Source of the DNA: a virus
Taxonomy: Duplodnaviria; Caudoviricetes
DNA: 64,000 nucleotides
Direction: 5' to 3' (one strand)
IMG/VR virus record: IMGVR_UViG_3300031088_000782
Coordinates: 245,535-309,534 of that record
Position numbers and translations under genes: made by a program. Every line of letters begins with the position of its first letter. The first letter of the stretch is position 1. Of this stretch, positions 19,123 to 29,438 are shown piece by piece. Below the pieces are notes generated by a model. It made no database searches, was not told the DNA's origin, and saw nothing but the letters and a program-made list of their open reading frames with translations.

Positions 19123-19653
19123 ATGAAGGCAAATGATATAGTGAATGCTATTAGGAACAAACACGGGGGCAAAGCTGCTATTGTTCCAGAATTGACCATT
19201 GAAGATAGGTATTACTATCAGAGCATGATTCGAAGAGATCCTCGTTTTGAAGATTACGCAAATGATAGTAGCATTGTGGATGAAAATTATCAAGTAGACG
19301 AAACATATGATCTTGCTAATGGTAAGTATTCTAGACGAATTGACTTACTTATGTGTGAAGCTCAAAAATGGACTGCTATAGAAATTAAAGTATCTAGATC
19401 TGATTTTTTCCGTGACACAGAAGAGAAAAGACAAACGTGGAAAAAACATACACACAGGTTCATATATGCGACTCCACAGGGGCTTGTTAACATTGAAGAA
19501 ATACCTGAAGGGTGTGGATGGTGGGAAATAACTCCTACGGGTATGATAATCGTGAGCAAACGTGCTAAAGTTAACAAAGATAGGACTGACTTCCCTGATT
19601 CATTTATGAGGACTGTCTTTTGGCGTTTGGCAACAACAAGTCCATTGATGTGA
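19123..19653 (+). CDS. MmcB-like PD-(D/E)XK nuclease/DNA repair protein
   Basis: RRIDLL, AIEIKVSRSDFFRD...K, FIYATP.GL...PEGCG. Confidence 0.7.
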   Translation: MKANDIVNAIRNKHGGKAAIVPELTIEDRYYYQSMIRRDPRFEDYANDSSIVDENYQVDETYDLANGKYSRRIDLLMCEAQKWTAIEIKVSRSDFFRDTEEKRQTWKKHTHRFIYATPQGLVNIEEIPEGCGWWEITPTGMIIVSKRAKVNKDRTDFPDSFMRTVFWRLATTSPLM

Positions 19654-19784
19654 AGCACGAAATATAATAGAATATGTTTAAGTAAACTAATTAGTTCTTA
19701 AAAAAAAATGAAAAAATTTATAAATATAAATTAAAATTCATTAAGAATTGTTTTTCTTTTATGTGGAGGTAGAGAATTAATAAT

Positions 19785-20034
19785 ATGATTGAGTATGATT
19801 CTTTTAATATGACATAGATCCTTGTGGAATGATAACTGTTTTTTTGAGAAAGAATTTTGTGGGTTTTTATCTTGGCAGGATGAGACTGTTGTACATGTTT
19901 GGGTGAAAGAGTTGTACAGAAGGAAAGGAATCGCTACTCATATGTTTGAATTAGCTCAAAGCATTTGTGTCTCTTTGAAACATTCGGCACGTTTAACAAA
20001 TGATGGGTTAATATTCCGAAATAGTTTTTATTGA
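19785..20034 (+). pseudogene. GNAT-like acetyltransferase, probably frameshifted at 5' end
   Basis: VHVWVKELYRRKGIATHMFE (R/KxxGxA motif A) in ORF 19822..20034; GGAGG RBS+ATG at 19785 is out of frame. Confidence 0.5.
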
Positions 20035-20654
20035 TCATTGTTGATTTTATAAAATTTTTTGGTTGTATTAAAAAACAATTCAGGGTGAGAATGGTTTATC
20101 AATTTAGGGGATTTTGCTGTGGGTGAGATTAAGTTTGCTGATGTTGATTCTGAAAGTGACGATACTGCTGAGAGGGATGATGGTTTGAGTCGTTCGGATA
20201 CGGTATTGATGGTTGTTGAATCTTCTTTGGTTTTTGAATTGTTGTATATCTTGGTTAATCTTGATTGGGTTTGCGAATTTTTATTTTCTGTGTGATTGCT
20301 ATTTTTTCGTGGGGTAGCTGTCATGAATTGAATATTCCATGACACGATTCTTGCTGTCTTTGGAGCAGTTGATTAGATACATGCGTTTTCTGTGAGGCTG
20401 TGAGCGGCTTTTGAGAGCTGTGCGAGTATTTGAGTGTTTGTTGAGTATTGTCGGCTTTTTGGGGCTGCTCTGGCTTTCTCTATAACATGTGAATTTGTTT
20501 GTGGCTTTCACATTACGATTGACTGTGTTTTTTGCGTTAAGGATAGGGACAATTTTACGTTTGGTTGATAGGTTGAAAGATATGCTTTTATTTGAGTGTT
20601 AACACTTTTAGAGTCATGTTGATTTAAGAATGAAAAAGACTGAACAAAAACAAT

Positions 20655-20700
20655 AAGGAGAATGTCTGTCAGCTGTTGTGTTGTGACAGACATTCTCCTT
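20655..20700. terminator. 17-bp IR
   Basis: aaggagaatgtctgtca/tgacagacattctcctt. Confidence 0.7.
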
Positions 20701-20722
20701 TGGGGTTTGGTCTTGTGTTTTG

Positions 20723-21010
20723 TCAAAGGCGGAAATAGTCTGCCATTCGTTGTGCTACTTCATAGGGGTCGAATCGCGGGCTATTGTATTCGCTAATAAG
20801 GGTGCGATAAGTGCGGTCTTCAAGAGCAATAAGGTTCATTGTGTATTCAAGCTGCCCTAGTGATTCTGAGAGTTTAGCTTGGTTGATAAATGTTGCGGGA
20901 GCGTAGCTTGTCCATTCATTCACATAAATTTCGGCGGATTCTCGTGCTTTGCTAAGCGCGTCGAAGAGGGCGATTCTCTGTGTCTTGTTGAGTTCGTATC
21001 GCTGTGGCAT
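20723..21010 (-). CDS. hypothetical protein
   Basis: 95 aa, AAGGA RBS, followed on - strand by 17-bp IR at 20655. Confidence 0.6.
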   Translation of the reverse strand: MPQRYELNKTQRIALFDALSKARESAEIYVNEWTSYAPATFINQAKLSESLGQLEYTMNLIALEDRTYRTLISEYNSPRFDPYEVAQRMADYFRL

Positions 21011-21295
21011 TTTTCTTATCCTTGTCTTGGATTGTTCTGTTCAATATTTTTATCTATACTCTCATCTTAATTTACTGTTGAGGCTTTGTCAATCGTTGTT
21101 GAATATTGTTCGTAAAAGGTTCTGAATATAGACTTTAAGATTAAACAAGGTTCATGTTGAGATATGCTTTATGTTGAACATGGTGATGTGGGAGACTTTT
21201 GATCTTCGTTTGGGTCGTTGACTTTGCTCATGTATAGTGTTATTCTTGTTCTGTTGTTAATTATCAGTTAGATTTCATTTATAGAAGATTTTGTA

Positions 21296-21565
21296 ATGTC
21301 TGTTTTTGGTAACAGCAAGTCAGGTAATGTTGATGATAGTGTTGTTGTGGATGCTGAATTTTTGCGGCTACACTGAGCAATGGTAATGACGATCTTATTG
21401 ATGAGATTTATGGCGTTGTTTTTTATGAGGAACTATTTTATCATGATCGTCCTATTAAACTAGTATATCCTTCGGGGGAGTTTTTTTGATTTTGTAAATC
21501 CGTCTCATATTGTTTCTTTTTCTGGTCCTTATAGGATTACTGTGAATGTTCCTGCTGTTGACTGA
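21296..21565 (+). pseudogene. Paralog of 15738..16106 with compensating -1/+1 indels in T runs
   Basis: Reconstructed MSVFGNSKSG...FYHDRPIKLVYPSG...VNPSHI; shifts at T5 21359-63 and T7 21481-87. Confidence 0.7.
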
Positions 21566-21593
21566 TACGAACTACTAAATCCTTATTTAACGA

Positions 21594-21622
21594 TTGACTT
21601 TTACCCTGTCTTGTTATACAAT
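21594..21622 (+). promoter_or_regulatory. sigma70/SigA-type promoter
   Basis: TTGACT-17-TACAAT. Confidence 0.65.
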
Positions 21623-21642
21623 GGATAATAAAAGATTAATGA

Positions 21643-21885
21643 ATGATTGTCAAACTTGATGAAGATTGGATAAAGATTATGGAAAAGCGTAATGTTGTCG
21701 GACTTGAAAGTTTTCGTTTCGCTGTTGTCAATGCGGAAAACAACAATGTTGTGTCTCTCCATAAATCAGCAAAAGAAGCTGAGTGGCAAGCTGAGTCAGA
21801 GAATGAATATTTTGCGCAAAATGCTATTAAAGCAAAGTTTGAGGCTGTTGAAATTTTAGACAAAATTGGATATAAGCGTTATTGA
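21643..21885 (+). CDS. hypothetical protein
   Basis: 80 aa ORF after promoter 21594. Confidence 0.6.
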   Translation: MIVKLDEDWIKIMEKRNVVGLESFRFAVVNAENNNVVSLHKSAKEAEWQAESENEYFAQNAIKAKFEAVEILDKIGYKRY

Positions 21886-21952
21886 AATTGACTGTGATTG
21901 TCATGATTCTTATTTGTAAGGTAAATAAATCGTGAAGAGAAAAGAGATAAAG

Positions 21953-22225
21953 ATGAAGAATTATATTGAATCTTTGGTGAGAAATGTTGTTTCTGAACAG
22001 ATTGACAAACAATTGAACAAGAATTCTGATAGTAAACTGTCACCGGAAGAATTTGCGGAAGAAGTTTCTCTTATTGTGGGATCAAAAATTCCTGATTTCG
22101 AAGTTGAAACTTATCGAGAATTTGATGATCCTTATGACTCATTTTCTACTGAGAAAATGATCAAGTTTTCTTATGTTACTGAACAATGGTTGTGGGACAA
22201 AAAAAACAATAGATTAAATAATTAA
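21953..22225 (+). CDS. hypothetical protein
   Basis: ORF with AAGAGA RBS; IR at 22227. Confidence 0.6.
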   Translation: MKNYIESLVRNVVSEQIDKQLNKNSDSKLSPEEFAEEVSLIVGSKIPDFEVETYREFDDPYDSFSTEKMIKFSYVTEQWLWDKKNNRLNN

Positions 22226-22226
22226 A

Positions 22227-22278
22227 AAATTGCCGAACAGTTGACTTTTAAGAATTTAATTCAACTGTTCGGCAATTT
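22227..22278. terminator. 18-bp IR between convergent genes
   Basis: aaattgccgaacagttga/tcaactgttcggcaattt. Confidence 0.75.
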
Positions 22279-22282
22279 CTGT

Positions 22283-22471
22283 TTAGAGAAGTCCGATCTT
22301 GGTGAGAATTTCGATTGTATCGTTGGCACAAGCGATAGTTGCGGCGATGGCTCCAGCCCATGTTGCAATCTTAATCCACATGGCCTTCTTGTCAGCCTTC
22401 TTCTCTTCTGTCTTAGTTTCCATGACCGTGTTGTTGGTGACGGGACGGATGTTGATGGTGATACGAATCAT
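22283..22471 (-). CDS. small protein with hydrophobic C-terminal helix
   Basis: AAGGAG RBS, TTGACA/TATACT promoter on - strand near 22521-22550, ends at IR 22227-78. Confidence 0.6.
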   Translation of the reverse strand: MIRITINIRPVTNNTVMETKTEEKKADKKAMWIKIATWAGAIAATIACANDTIEILTKIGLL

Positions 22472-22711
22472 GGGATGTCTCCTTGGTGCTCTTGTTTCCT
22501 ACGTCCTTTGTAGTAACACCAGTATAGGCACAACATTTCTTGCCTGTCAACTGTTACTTACAATTCTGTTCGATAATTTTTCGAAAATGTTTGTGAGAGT
22601 AGTATACTAAAAGAATCAACTATATTCTTTCGCTTCTCTGTCACACGAAAAATGCACTCAATTTCACATTATTTTTGGTTCAAATTTTTCTGAACGATTG
22701 AATTTAATTTA

Positions 22712-22740
22712 TTGACTTTTCCACATTTCTATGATACTAT
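22712..22740 (+). promoter_or_regulatory. sigma70/SigA-type promoter
   Basis: TTGACT-17-TACTAT. Confidence 0.6.
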
Positions 22741-22830
22741 TGAAAATTAAGGCAGCAAGGATGAACAATAAAAAATATTGTCGAATCCTTGTTCAAGTTG
22801 AATTTATCGAATATTGAGGAATGAATTATC

Positions 22831-23256
22831 ATGTCAGAAAACATTGTTGATTTGCGTAAGACTTTGAATGACTACTACACTGAGAGCACCAAAAATGTTG
22901 TTGATGTTGATAGCGAAGGGCTGAAATTCATTCGTTATGGACTGACCATTAGTTTCGTTGGAGAATACTCGTCACTTGTTCTGAAAACTGTCAAGAATCC
23001 TGTTTCGGAAGGCGAACAAATTGTTGCGCTGTTCAATATTGAGTTGATGAATTTCCTTTCCGCAAGTTTCGATAAGGTGAGAGAAGCTGTTGAAATTGAT
23101 GACAAGATTTCTGTCCTGAGTGAAACGCTTGTCAATCCTAAAACCCCTGCTTACGATATGATTGCGGCAACTGGGTTGAAGGTTCCGTTTGTTGAAGCTG
23201 TCAAGAGCGATTTCGCAATCATTAACGAATTCTTGATGAACGCAAATAACGAGTGA
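22831..23256 (+). CDS. hypothetical protein
   Basis: 141 aa, GAGGA RBS, promoter 22712. Confidence 0.65.
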   Translation: MSENIVDLRKTLNDYYTESTKNVVDVDSEGLKFIRYGLTISFVGEYSSLVLKTVKNPVSEGEQIVALFNIELMNFLSASFDKVREAVEIDDKISVLSETLVNPKTPAYDMIAATGLKVPFVEAVKSDFAIINEFLMNANNE

Positions 23257-23385
23257 GAAATGAAAGGCAATAATAGCTTAACAGTTGATTGATTGTTTAG
23301 ATATTATTTTTGTAGTGATTTGTGTTATGAGGCACAAGTCTATACTATTTGTTTGTTTTTCAATCGTTATTTTCTGGGGGAAATT

Positions 23386-23739
23386 ATGTCTGTTGTTATG
23401 AATTTAAAGAAAGCTGGGGTTGGCTTTGCTTTGGCTGGGTTGTTGGCTGGCGGTAGTGCTGTTGTTACTAGCGCGACACCTGCTGAAGCTGCAAGCTTTT
23501 CATCTTCTACTTGTAAGAGTTCTTCAAAGTTGGCTAATTACATGTATAGCAAAGTAAGAAAAGTCGGCAAAAAATACACTATGAGTAATACTTATGTTGC
23601 TTATGTTGACAAAAAGTGCAAGAACAGCAACATTAAGAGTGCCGCTAAATACGCTCACAGTAAGAGCAAGAAAGCAAAGAGTTATGCAGCTAAGAACAAG
23701 TGGGCTGTTGCTTTCACAAAATTGAAAAAGGCTTTGTGA
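23386..23739 (+). CDS. secreted Lys-rich protein
   Basis: Signal peptide MNLKKAGVGFALAGLLAGG...TPAEA; two Cys; IR after. Confidence 0.7.
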   Translation: MSVVMNLKKAGVGFALAGLLAGGSAVVTSATPAEAASFSSSTCKSSSKLANYMYSKVRKVGKKYTMSNTYVAYVDKKCKNSNIKSAAKYAHSKSKKAKSYAAKNKWAVAFTKLKKAL

Positions 23740-23760
23740 ATCATAACGCTTAAACACTAA

Positions 23761-23807
23761 AAGCAAGGAATCCCGATCAAAATTCACCTGATCGGGATTC
23801 CTTGCTT
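23761..23807. terminator. 19-bp IR
   Basis: aagcaaggaatcccgatca/tgatcgggattccttgctt. Confidence 0.75.
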
Positions 23808-23981
23808 ATTATTCAGTCATTAAATTTTTCGTATTTTTTAAATACATTAGTTTCTTTCATTTTTTTGGACTGCACATAAAACATAAACATCATTGACACT
23901 AAAAACAAATAACAGCAAATCATCCCTTGACTTTCATTGTGCAACTGTTGTAGAATAGTGTCATAAGGTAGTTCAAATTTA

Positions 23982-24206
23982 TTGAAGGAGATGGAAATGC
24001 GTATTGTTAAGTCTGCTGAAGTTAAGGATCTTACGCCGGGAACTGTGCTGAATTTTGAGCGTGGTGTCGAAGGTAAGCCGGGTTATGGAAAGATGGTTTT
24101 CGTTCTTGATTCACCGGGGAATCCGAATTATGCAAAGTTCTCTATGACTGACAGAACCGTACAAGATTACCTTCACAATCGTTGGATTCTTACCGTTGAG
24201 GACTGA
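23982..24206 (+). CDS. hypothetical protein
   Basis: AAGGAG RBS, promoter 23927, 21-bp IR after. Confidence 0.65.
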   Translation: MKEMEMRIVKSAEVKDLTPGTVLNFERGVEGKPGYGKMVFVLDSPGNPNYAKFSMTDRTVQDYLHNRWILTVED

Positions 24207-24208
24207 AT

Positions 24209-24272
24209 GAGACAGACGAACACAAAAACAGTTCAACAAAATTTGGACAAGGTTTTTGTGTTCGTCTGTCTC
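24209..24272. terminator. 21-bp IR, 22-nt loop
   Basis: gagacagacgaacacaaaaac/gtttttgtgttcgtctgtctc. Confidence 0.7.
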
Positions 24273-24341
24273 TTTTGAGTTAGTTTTGATTGAACACTTG
24301 TTGAATGTTATGTAATATTGTTGAAATAGTAATAAAATGGA

Positions 24342-24524
24342 TTGAGGTTGAGGTTGATGAATATTTTGGTTTTGATGGCTTTAGGTATGTTGGTTTTCGC
24401 TCTCGCCTTGTTGGGATTTGCTGTATATAAGATTGTTAAGATTTCACGCTTACAGAAGACGATTCGGGAGCGAAAGGAATCTAAGGTATATCGTAATCCT
24501 GACGTTGCTGACTCAGATGCATAG
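24342..24524 (+). CDS. small single-TM protein
   Basis: Hydrophobic N-terminal helix then basic tail. Confidence 0.5.
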   Translation: MRLRLMNILVLMALGMLVFALALLGFAVYKIVKISRLQKTIRERKESKVYRNPDVADSDA

Positions 24525-24650
24525 TTATGAAATTCTTTCTCTACATTTGTTGACTTTCTGATTTTCAAGTTGTAGAGTGAGAGGATTTATATAATTTTGT
24601 TTAACTTTCTGAACTGAAAAACTCAATTGAACTGACAAGAGGATGACGAT

Positions 24651-25382
24651 TTGATAATTGAGAAAAGAGAATTTGACGATTGCTTTGGCAGCTATGCTTT
24701 GAGTACTGCTGCTGATTACCAGACAATCAGTGTGGATAATCGTATTCTGGGACATTTCAATATTGAAACTGTCAGCATTATCAAGCGAAATGGGAGCCAT
24801 AACAGTTGTATCTATTGTTGTTTCAATTCGAACAAACAGATAAGCAAAAAATATAGGTCAGGTGAAAAATTTTCTGATTACGTCTCTGCTTCGATTGTTT
24901 TGAATGACGCTGACCCTATTGATGTTTATGAGCTTGTTGAATTTGATAACATTGACCAAATTTCGGACTTCTTTGCTATTCATAATCTTGATTTCAGAGA
25001 GATTGTTGATTCTTACATTGAGGATTTTGTTGAGAGCGACAGAACTGATTCAGAAGGCAGATACGTAAAACTGTGGAAAGATTTGAGAAACAAATATGAT
25101 GACATTGTTGATTGGCAAGAAGATTTAACGAACATTTCTGATGGGTTTGACAATATTTACGAAAATGAATTAGAGCACATTGTCAGTAATTTTGCTGATT
25201 TGAGCTTCTGGTTGAGTGCTCTTATATGTGACAACATGAAGAAAGAATTTTTCAACTATGGTGAATCGTCTGTCGCTGATTTGTCTGTGGTAAATGACGT
25301 TCATATTTTCAGATGGAATGTCAATTTTATGAATTTGAGTTTTGATGCTTGGGTTGATGAATTTTTCGGGAAACTGTTCTAA
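24651..25382 (+). CDS. hypothetical protein, 'EDL.NISDG' family
   Basis: WQEDLTNISDGFDNIY...SVADLSVVNDV shared with 55262 and 51149. Confidence 0.7.
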   Translation: MIIEKREFDDCFGSYALSTAADYQTISVDNRILGHFNIETVSIIKRNGSHNSCIYCCFNSNKQISKKYRSGEKFSDYVSASIVLNDADPIDVYELVEFDNIDQISDFFAIHNLDFREIVDSYIEDFVESDRTDSEGRYVKLWKDLRNKYDDIVDWQEDLTNISDGFDNIYENELEHIVSNFADLSFWLSALICDNMKKEFFNYGESSVADLSVVNDVHIFRWNVNFMNLSFDAWVDEFFGKLF

Positions 25383-25426
25383 ATCCTCAACTATCCTTAA
25401 TGACACTCTTAGTGAATTTAAAATGC

Positions 25427-25476
25427 AATAGAGAACGAGTCAGATTGTTCTTAATGAATCTGACTCGTTTTCTATT
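25427..25476. terminator. 20-bp IR (one mismatch) between convergent genes
   Basis: aatagagaacgagtcagatt/aatctgactcgttttctatt. Confidence 0.75.
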
Positions 25477-25517
25477 GCTGATTACTGTTGTTTTGTCAAT
25501 TGTTGTTTAGATTATGC

Positions 25518-25898
25518 TTACGCTGTTTCATTCCATTCGGGCTTGTCTGGATAACGGATTTCTGTGGCTCCTGCATTGGGAAGGCCGAAATCGTAGAGTG
25601 GACTGTTTGTAAAATAAGTGTCCGTATAGTTGTCATCCATTGTGAAGTATCCTGAATAGTATTTGATTCCGTCATCATCATACATGTCAAATGCGATTCT
25701 GTGGGAACCTGGTGTTTTGACGGCTGTTGTAGCTTCGTCTGTTGCCTCACTAGGGCCGTTCGTTCCTACCTGATTATATTCGCCATCCTCAATGTAGTCA
25801 TGAGTCAAAATCCAAGCATGAGCAACCTGACCATGTTCTGGAGCTGTTGTCTGACGATAGAATCCAAGATTGATTGTCTCGTTGTTGTTCTCTGCCAC
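25518..25898 (-). CDS. conserved phage-type hypothetical protein
   Basis: FDMYDDDGIKYYSG...PLYDFGLPNAGATEIRY. Confidence 0.65.
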   Translation of the reverse strand: MAENNNETINLGFYRQTTAPEHGQVAHAWILTHDYIEDGEYNQVGTNGPSEATDEATTAVKTPGSHRIAFDMYDDDGIKYYSGYFTMDDNYTDTYFTNSPLYDFGLPNAGATEIRYPDKPEWNETA

Positions 25899-26690
25899 TT
25901 TTTCTCCTTTGCTGAATCATTGTTGTTATGTGTCAATATTCTATAACATTTCAGCACTGTTTGTCAAGATTGTTCTTATTCTGGAAGGTTCGATGATACG
26001 GAAAAACTCAATGGTTCAATGTTGGTTTCAGTTTGACTTTTGACATGAATTGCTCTAAACTTTCTCTTATAAGAAAAGTTCATGTTAAAAATACTTGCGA
26101 AAGAAAAGTGATTAAAGTGCTGTTTGCTATTGGTGGTCTGTTTGTTGAGTTTTTTATTTTCTGTGCTCTTGTCGGAATTTTTGTGAAGCCTGAACCTGTT
26201 ATTGACTAATTGTTGAGATATTGCTCTGTTTGGCTGTTCCCGTCGCTTTATAGCGGTTTTGGCAGTCGAATAGGGACATTCTTATGTTTCAATCATTTTA
26301 TCGCCTTAACGGGCGTTTTTTTTGCGATCCTCTCTTTCCGGTGATTTATTTACCGTTTCGCAACAGAGTTGTTATTTTGTTCTCATTTGATTACTTTTTG
26401 ACTTTTCGGTGCTCTTTCTTCTGCTGTTTAGTTACTATTTTGTGTTCAAATTTTACTTAATTTTAGTGTGTTTAAATAGTGCGTAAACCCTCCTTCATAA
26501 GCTAGAACATACCGTGTAAGTTTTTTGTTGCCAAAATTTTATGAAATCACCAAAGAAAACAAGCTTTTAATCAATTTATATGAATGAACTTTGTTAAGGA
26601 TTTTTTGCTGTCATGATATGAATAAATTAATATTCAATTATTCCATATTTTGATAATATGAATGAAATAATGAAAAACGGAGGTTGAACT

Positions 26691-27497
26691 ATGAGTGTAA
26701 ACGTGAATTACATTGCTGTAATAGACAATGATGCTGTTGGTACTGTTGTTGATAAATTGAATAATGTTCTCAACCAGAAAAATGATACTGACACGGTATT
26801 TGATTTCGTTGTTCATAAAGTCAGTTCGGAAGATTTTGGCAAAACTGTTGTTGAACTATCAAGCTTATGTAGGTTTGTTAATACATATAATGACAATCTC
26901 TATCTTGATTTCGGACGGTTAAACGCTTTGCTTCCCGAAATCGAAAAGCTGTCAGAAGTTGTGGAAGAATTTAACAATAATCTTAATGTTTTTTACGGGA
27001 ATAAAGCTATTGAATTGTTTTATTTGGACGAAAACAGCAGCTATTTCAGTGTTGAGTTTGATGATGTTTTTGAACAGATTAACGAAGAAGACCAATGGGT
27101 GTTTGTTGATCAGATGAGCAAAGATTACCCTACTGTTGATGGAAAATTCGTCAATGAGTTGAGAAATATTTATGAAGATTTGCGAAAGCATGAAAATGAG
27201 GGCGAATATTCTGAGGTTGATGAAACTGTTGTCGAAACGTATGTCGATAGCGTGGATAAAGAGTTTGACAAGATTGTTGTTTTTGAAGTGTTCTATGTGT
27301 TTGAGGGGCGAGGAATGAAGCCTGGTAGTTTTGTTGAATCATTGATTGAAACTATTGTTAAGGCAGATGCTGTCAACAAATCGAAACTTTATCTTGGGTT
27401 CCCTGACTATGTGAATGTCGTGTCAGCGTATCAGAATAGTGTTGAAAAATACAATGAAATGAGTGAGATAGTTAAAAAGGAATGCGATGATAGATAA
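26691..27497 (+). CDS. hypothetical protein; C-terminal domain paralogous to 31846..32124
   Basis: GGAGG RBS; EVFYVFEGRGMKPGSF...KADAVNK. Confidence 0.7.
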   Translation: MSVNVNYIAVIDNDAVGTVVDKLNNVLNQKNDTDTVFDFVVHKVSSEDFGKTVVELSSLCRFVNTYNDNLYLDFGRLNALLPEIEKLSEVVEEFNNNLNVFYGNKAIELFYLDENSSYFSVEFDDVFEQINEEDQWVFVDQMSKDYPTVDGKFVNELRNIYEDLRKHENEGEYSEVDETVVETYVDSVDKEFDKIVVFEVFYVFEGRGMKPGSFVESLIETIVKADAVNKSKLYLGFPDYVNVVSAYQNSVEKYNEMSEIVKKECDDR

Positions 27498-27512
27498 TTA
27501 ATTTTGACGAGC

Positions 27513-27562
27513 AAAGGTTGCTATCAGAAATCACAGTTAAGATTTTTCTGATAGCAACCTTT
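27513..27562. terminator. 18-bp IR between convergent genes
   Basis: aaaggttgctatcagaaa/tttctgatagcaaccttt. Confidence 0.75.
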
Positions 27563-27570
27563 GATTTTTA

Positions 27571-27894
27571 TTATTTGTTTTCGTATTGTGCAATAATATG
27601 ATTATTCGTTTCGACAGATTTCTTGATTCTGTTTCGAAGAATTCGCCAATCCCTTTTATTTTGTTGTGGAACAGTTTGTGTGATAAGTGCATTGGCTTTC
27701 TTGAACCTTTCAACAATTTCTTCAGGTTCAAAGTCGAACACTTCTGTAACAAGTCCAAGTGCTTCCTTAGCTTGATTATCAATTTCTCTCAGTTCTGAAA
27801 TTTCATTAATGTTGAGTTCATTAAAATGGTCATCAATAATGCAATGAGCTTGATCCATAATATTTTCAATTTGAATTTCGTGAATGATTGACAT
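27571..27894 (-). CDS. hypothetical helical protein
   Basis: 107 aa; converges on IR 27513. Confidence 0.55.
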   Translation of the reverse strand: MSIIHEIQIENIMDQAHCIIDDHFNELNINEISELREIDNQAKEALGLVTEVFDFEPEEIVERFKKANALITQTVPQQNKRDWRILRNRIKKSVETNNHIIAQYENK

Positions 27895-27972
27895 AAGATT
27901 CTCTTTTCTGATTATTTCTTATTTAATTTAATATTATAATAATGGATTTTAATATTTAAATCAAATACGTTA

Positions 27973-28374
27973 TTAGATGTATTCCAAAGTTTTTTCATCC
28001 CAATTTTCAACAAAAGCCATAGGATTAAATGAAGCCCCTGTGATATTTTCTGTGTTTTCATGGCGAACATGTTTGAAGATTCTTTCAAAACCTTCTGGGG
28101 TGTAACCCCCGCTGTGAGAGATATAATCGACATTGAAATATTCAGCGGTTTTGTTCATGATTTCAATAGACAGCCTTTTTCCTTTATACCCGTCACGAAC
28201 CTCAATGTCATGGAGAGAAAGTTTGGCAACATTGTTTTTCACATTGTAGTCAGCTTTCATATAAGCAACATTGATTCCATCGACTGTCAGCCAAAAATGG
28301 AATTCATTAATCCATTCATACATGACATTCCGATGGTCTTCTTCAACAATGAGTTCAATCTTTTCTGTCTCCAT
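27973..28374 (-). CDS. GNAT-like acetyltransferase
   Basis: LHDIEVRDGYKGKRLSIEIM...HSGGYTPEG. Confidence 0.6.
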   Translation of the reverse strand: METEKIELIVEEDHRNVMYEWINEFHFWLTVDGINVAYMKADYNVKNNVAKLSLHDIEVRDGYKGKRLSIEIMNKTAEYFNVDYISHSGGYTPEGFERIFKHVRHENTENITGASFNPMAFVENWDEKTLEYI

Positions 28375-28524
28375 GTGTTCATTCTACTTGTTGTTCTGAG
28401 GTGCGTCAATAGGTTTTTCAACATTACGGAATTTTCCACTTGGTTTAAAGTTTTCAACGATTGAGTTGACACTATGTCTATGGCTGTGTAGGCTGTTTAT
28501 GTAAGCAAAAGTGTTGATTAAACA

Positions 28525-28866
28525 ATGATTTGGAGAATAGAACTGTCTGTAGATATGAGAAACGATAAGGTGAAGGATTTTTCTGAGTTTGCTTATGCTT
28601 GTACTCCAAGCATTGCTTCTTTGAGTGCAGTTAGTTTTGAGGATGGCACCTTTGCCACAGTGGTTAATCATTGGGAAAATTACTCTCCTGTTGAAGGTGA
28701 TGTTTTTATTGATTCAGATGGTGATGACATTTGGACAATGATTGACGGTAACTGGGTTATATTTGATCCGATGACATGTAAAATCAATGAAAGTGATGAA
28801 AGCTGGGAATCGCTTAATCTCAATTACGGACCAGTTCATCTGCTAACTGAATACATTATTTACTGA
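28525..28866 (+). CDS. hypothetical protein
   Basis: 113 aa; FIDSDGDDIW motif; IR after. Confidence 0.55.
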   Translation: MIWRIELSVDMRNDKVKDFSEFAYACTPSIASLSAVSFEDGTFATVVNHWENYSPVEGDVFIDSDGDDIWTMIDGNWVIFDPMTCKINESDESWESLNLNYGPVHLLTEYIIY

Positions 28867-28902
28867 TAACTGTGCTATCCATGATTCAGCAACTTTAATA
28901 TT

Positions 28903-28950
28903 AAAGCATCTGAGACAAAAGTGATTCAGGTTATTTGTCTCAGATGCTTT
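28903..28950. terminator. 17-bp IR
   Basis: aaagcatctgagacaaa/tttgtctcagatgcttt. Confidence 0.7.
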
Positions 28951-29040
28951 TCTTGTATGTTTATTTCTCAATGATGGATTTTTTGCGCGAGCAAATCATT
29001 CTTTCATCTTAGAAAATCTTTTAAAATACTGTTCAATTTG

Positions 29041-29084
29041 AAAATGCGCAACTGGCAAAAATTTTAACACCAGTTGCGCATTTT
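29041..29084. terminator. 15-bp IR
   Basis: aaaatgcgcaactgg/ccagttgcgcatttt. Confidence 0.7.
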
Positions 29085-29096
29085 AGTTATTGATTT

Positions 29097-29438
29097 TTAT
29101 TTGAGAATGGTTTTCATGTCGATGCTGGACTTAAATGCCAATTCGTCAGCCCATCCAACGGTTCCGAAATCTCCCCAACCTGAATGATTAAACATCACTT
29201 CAACCTTGATTTTTCCGCTTGGCTTGAGTTTGAAATTAGGAAACACAAAGAAGTAACCAGATTGTTCGCTGAGACTTTCGTTGGATTCGATGCGAACTTG
29301 TTCAACGATAAGTTTTTGCACCTTATTGACAAGTGCTTTCTTTTTGCGATTGATTGTTTTCGCCTCTTGCACAGTCATGTCATCAGTGACAACTAGTTCA
29401 TTGATGTTCTTCACGAAAGTATTCTTATTCATTGCCAT
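29097..29438 (-). CDS. hypothetical protein
   Basis: AAGGAG RBS; IR 29041 after. Confidence 0.6.
   Translation of the reverse strand: MAMNKNTFVKNINELVVTDDMTVQEAKTINRKKKALVNKVQKLIVEQVRIESNESLSEQSGYFFVFPNFKLKPSGKIKVEVMFNHSGWGDFGTVGWADELAFKSSIDMKTILK

Noticed and set aside
20299-20726. Apparent coupled operon of ORFs 20508 and 20299 (4-bp overlaps)
   Set aside because: ORF 20508 runs through a 17-bp terminator-like IR and both translations look non-protein-like; overlaps are probably coincidental.
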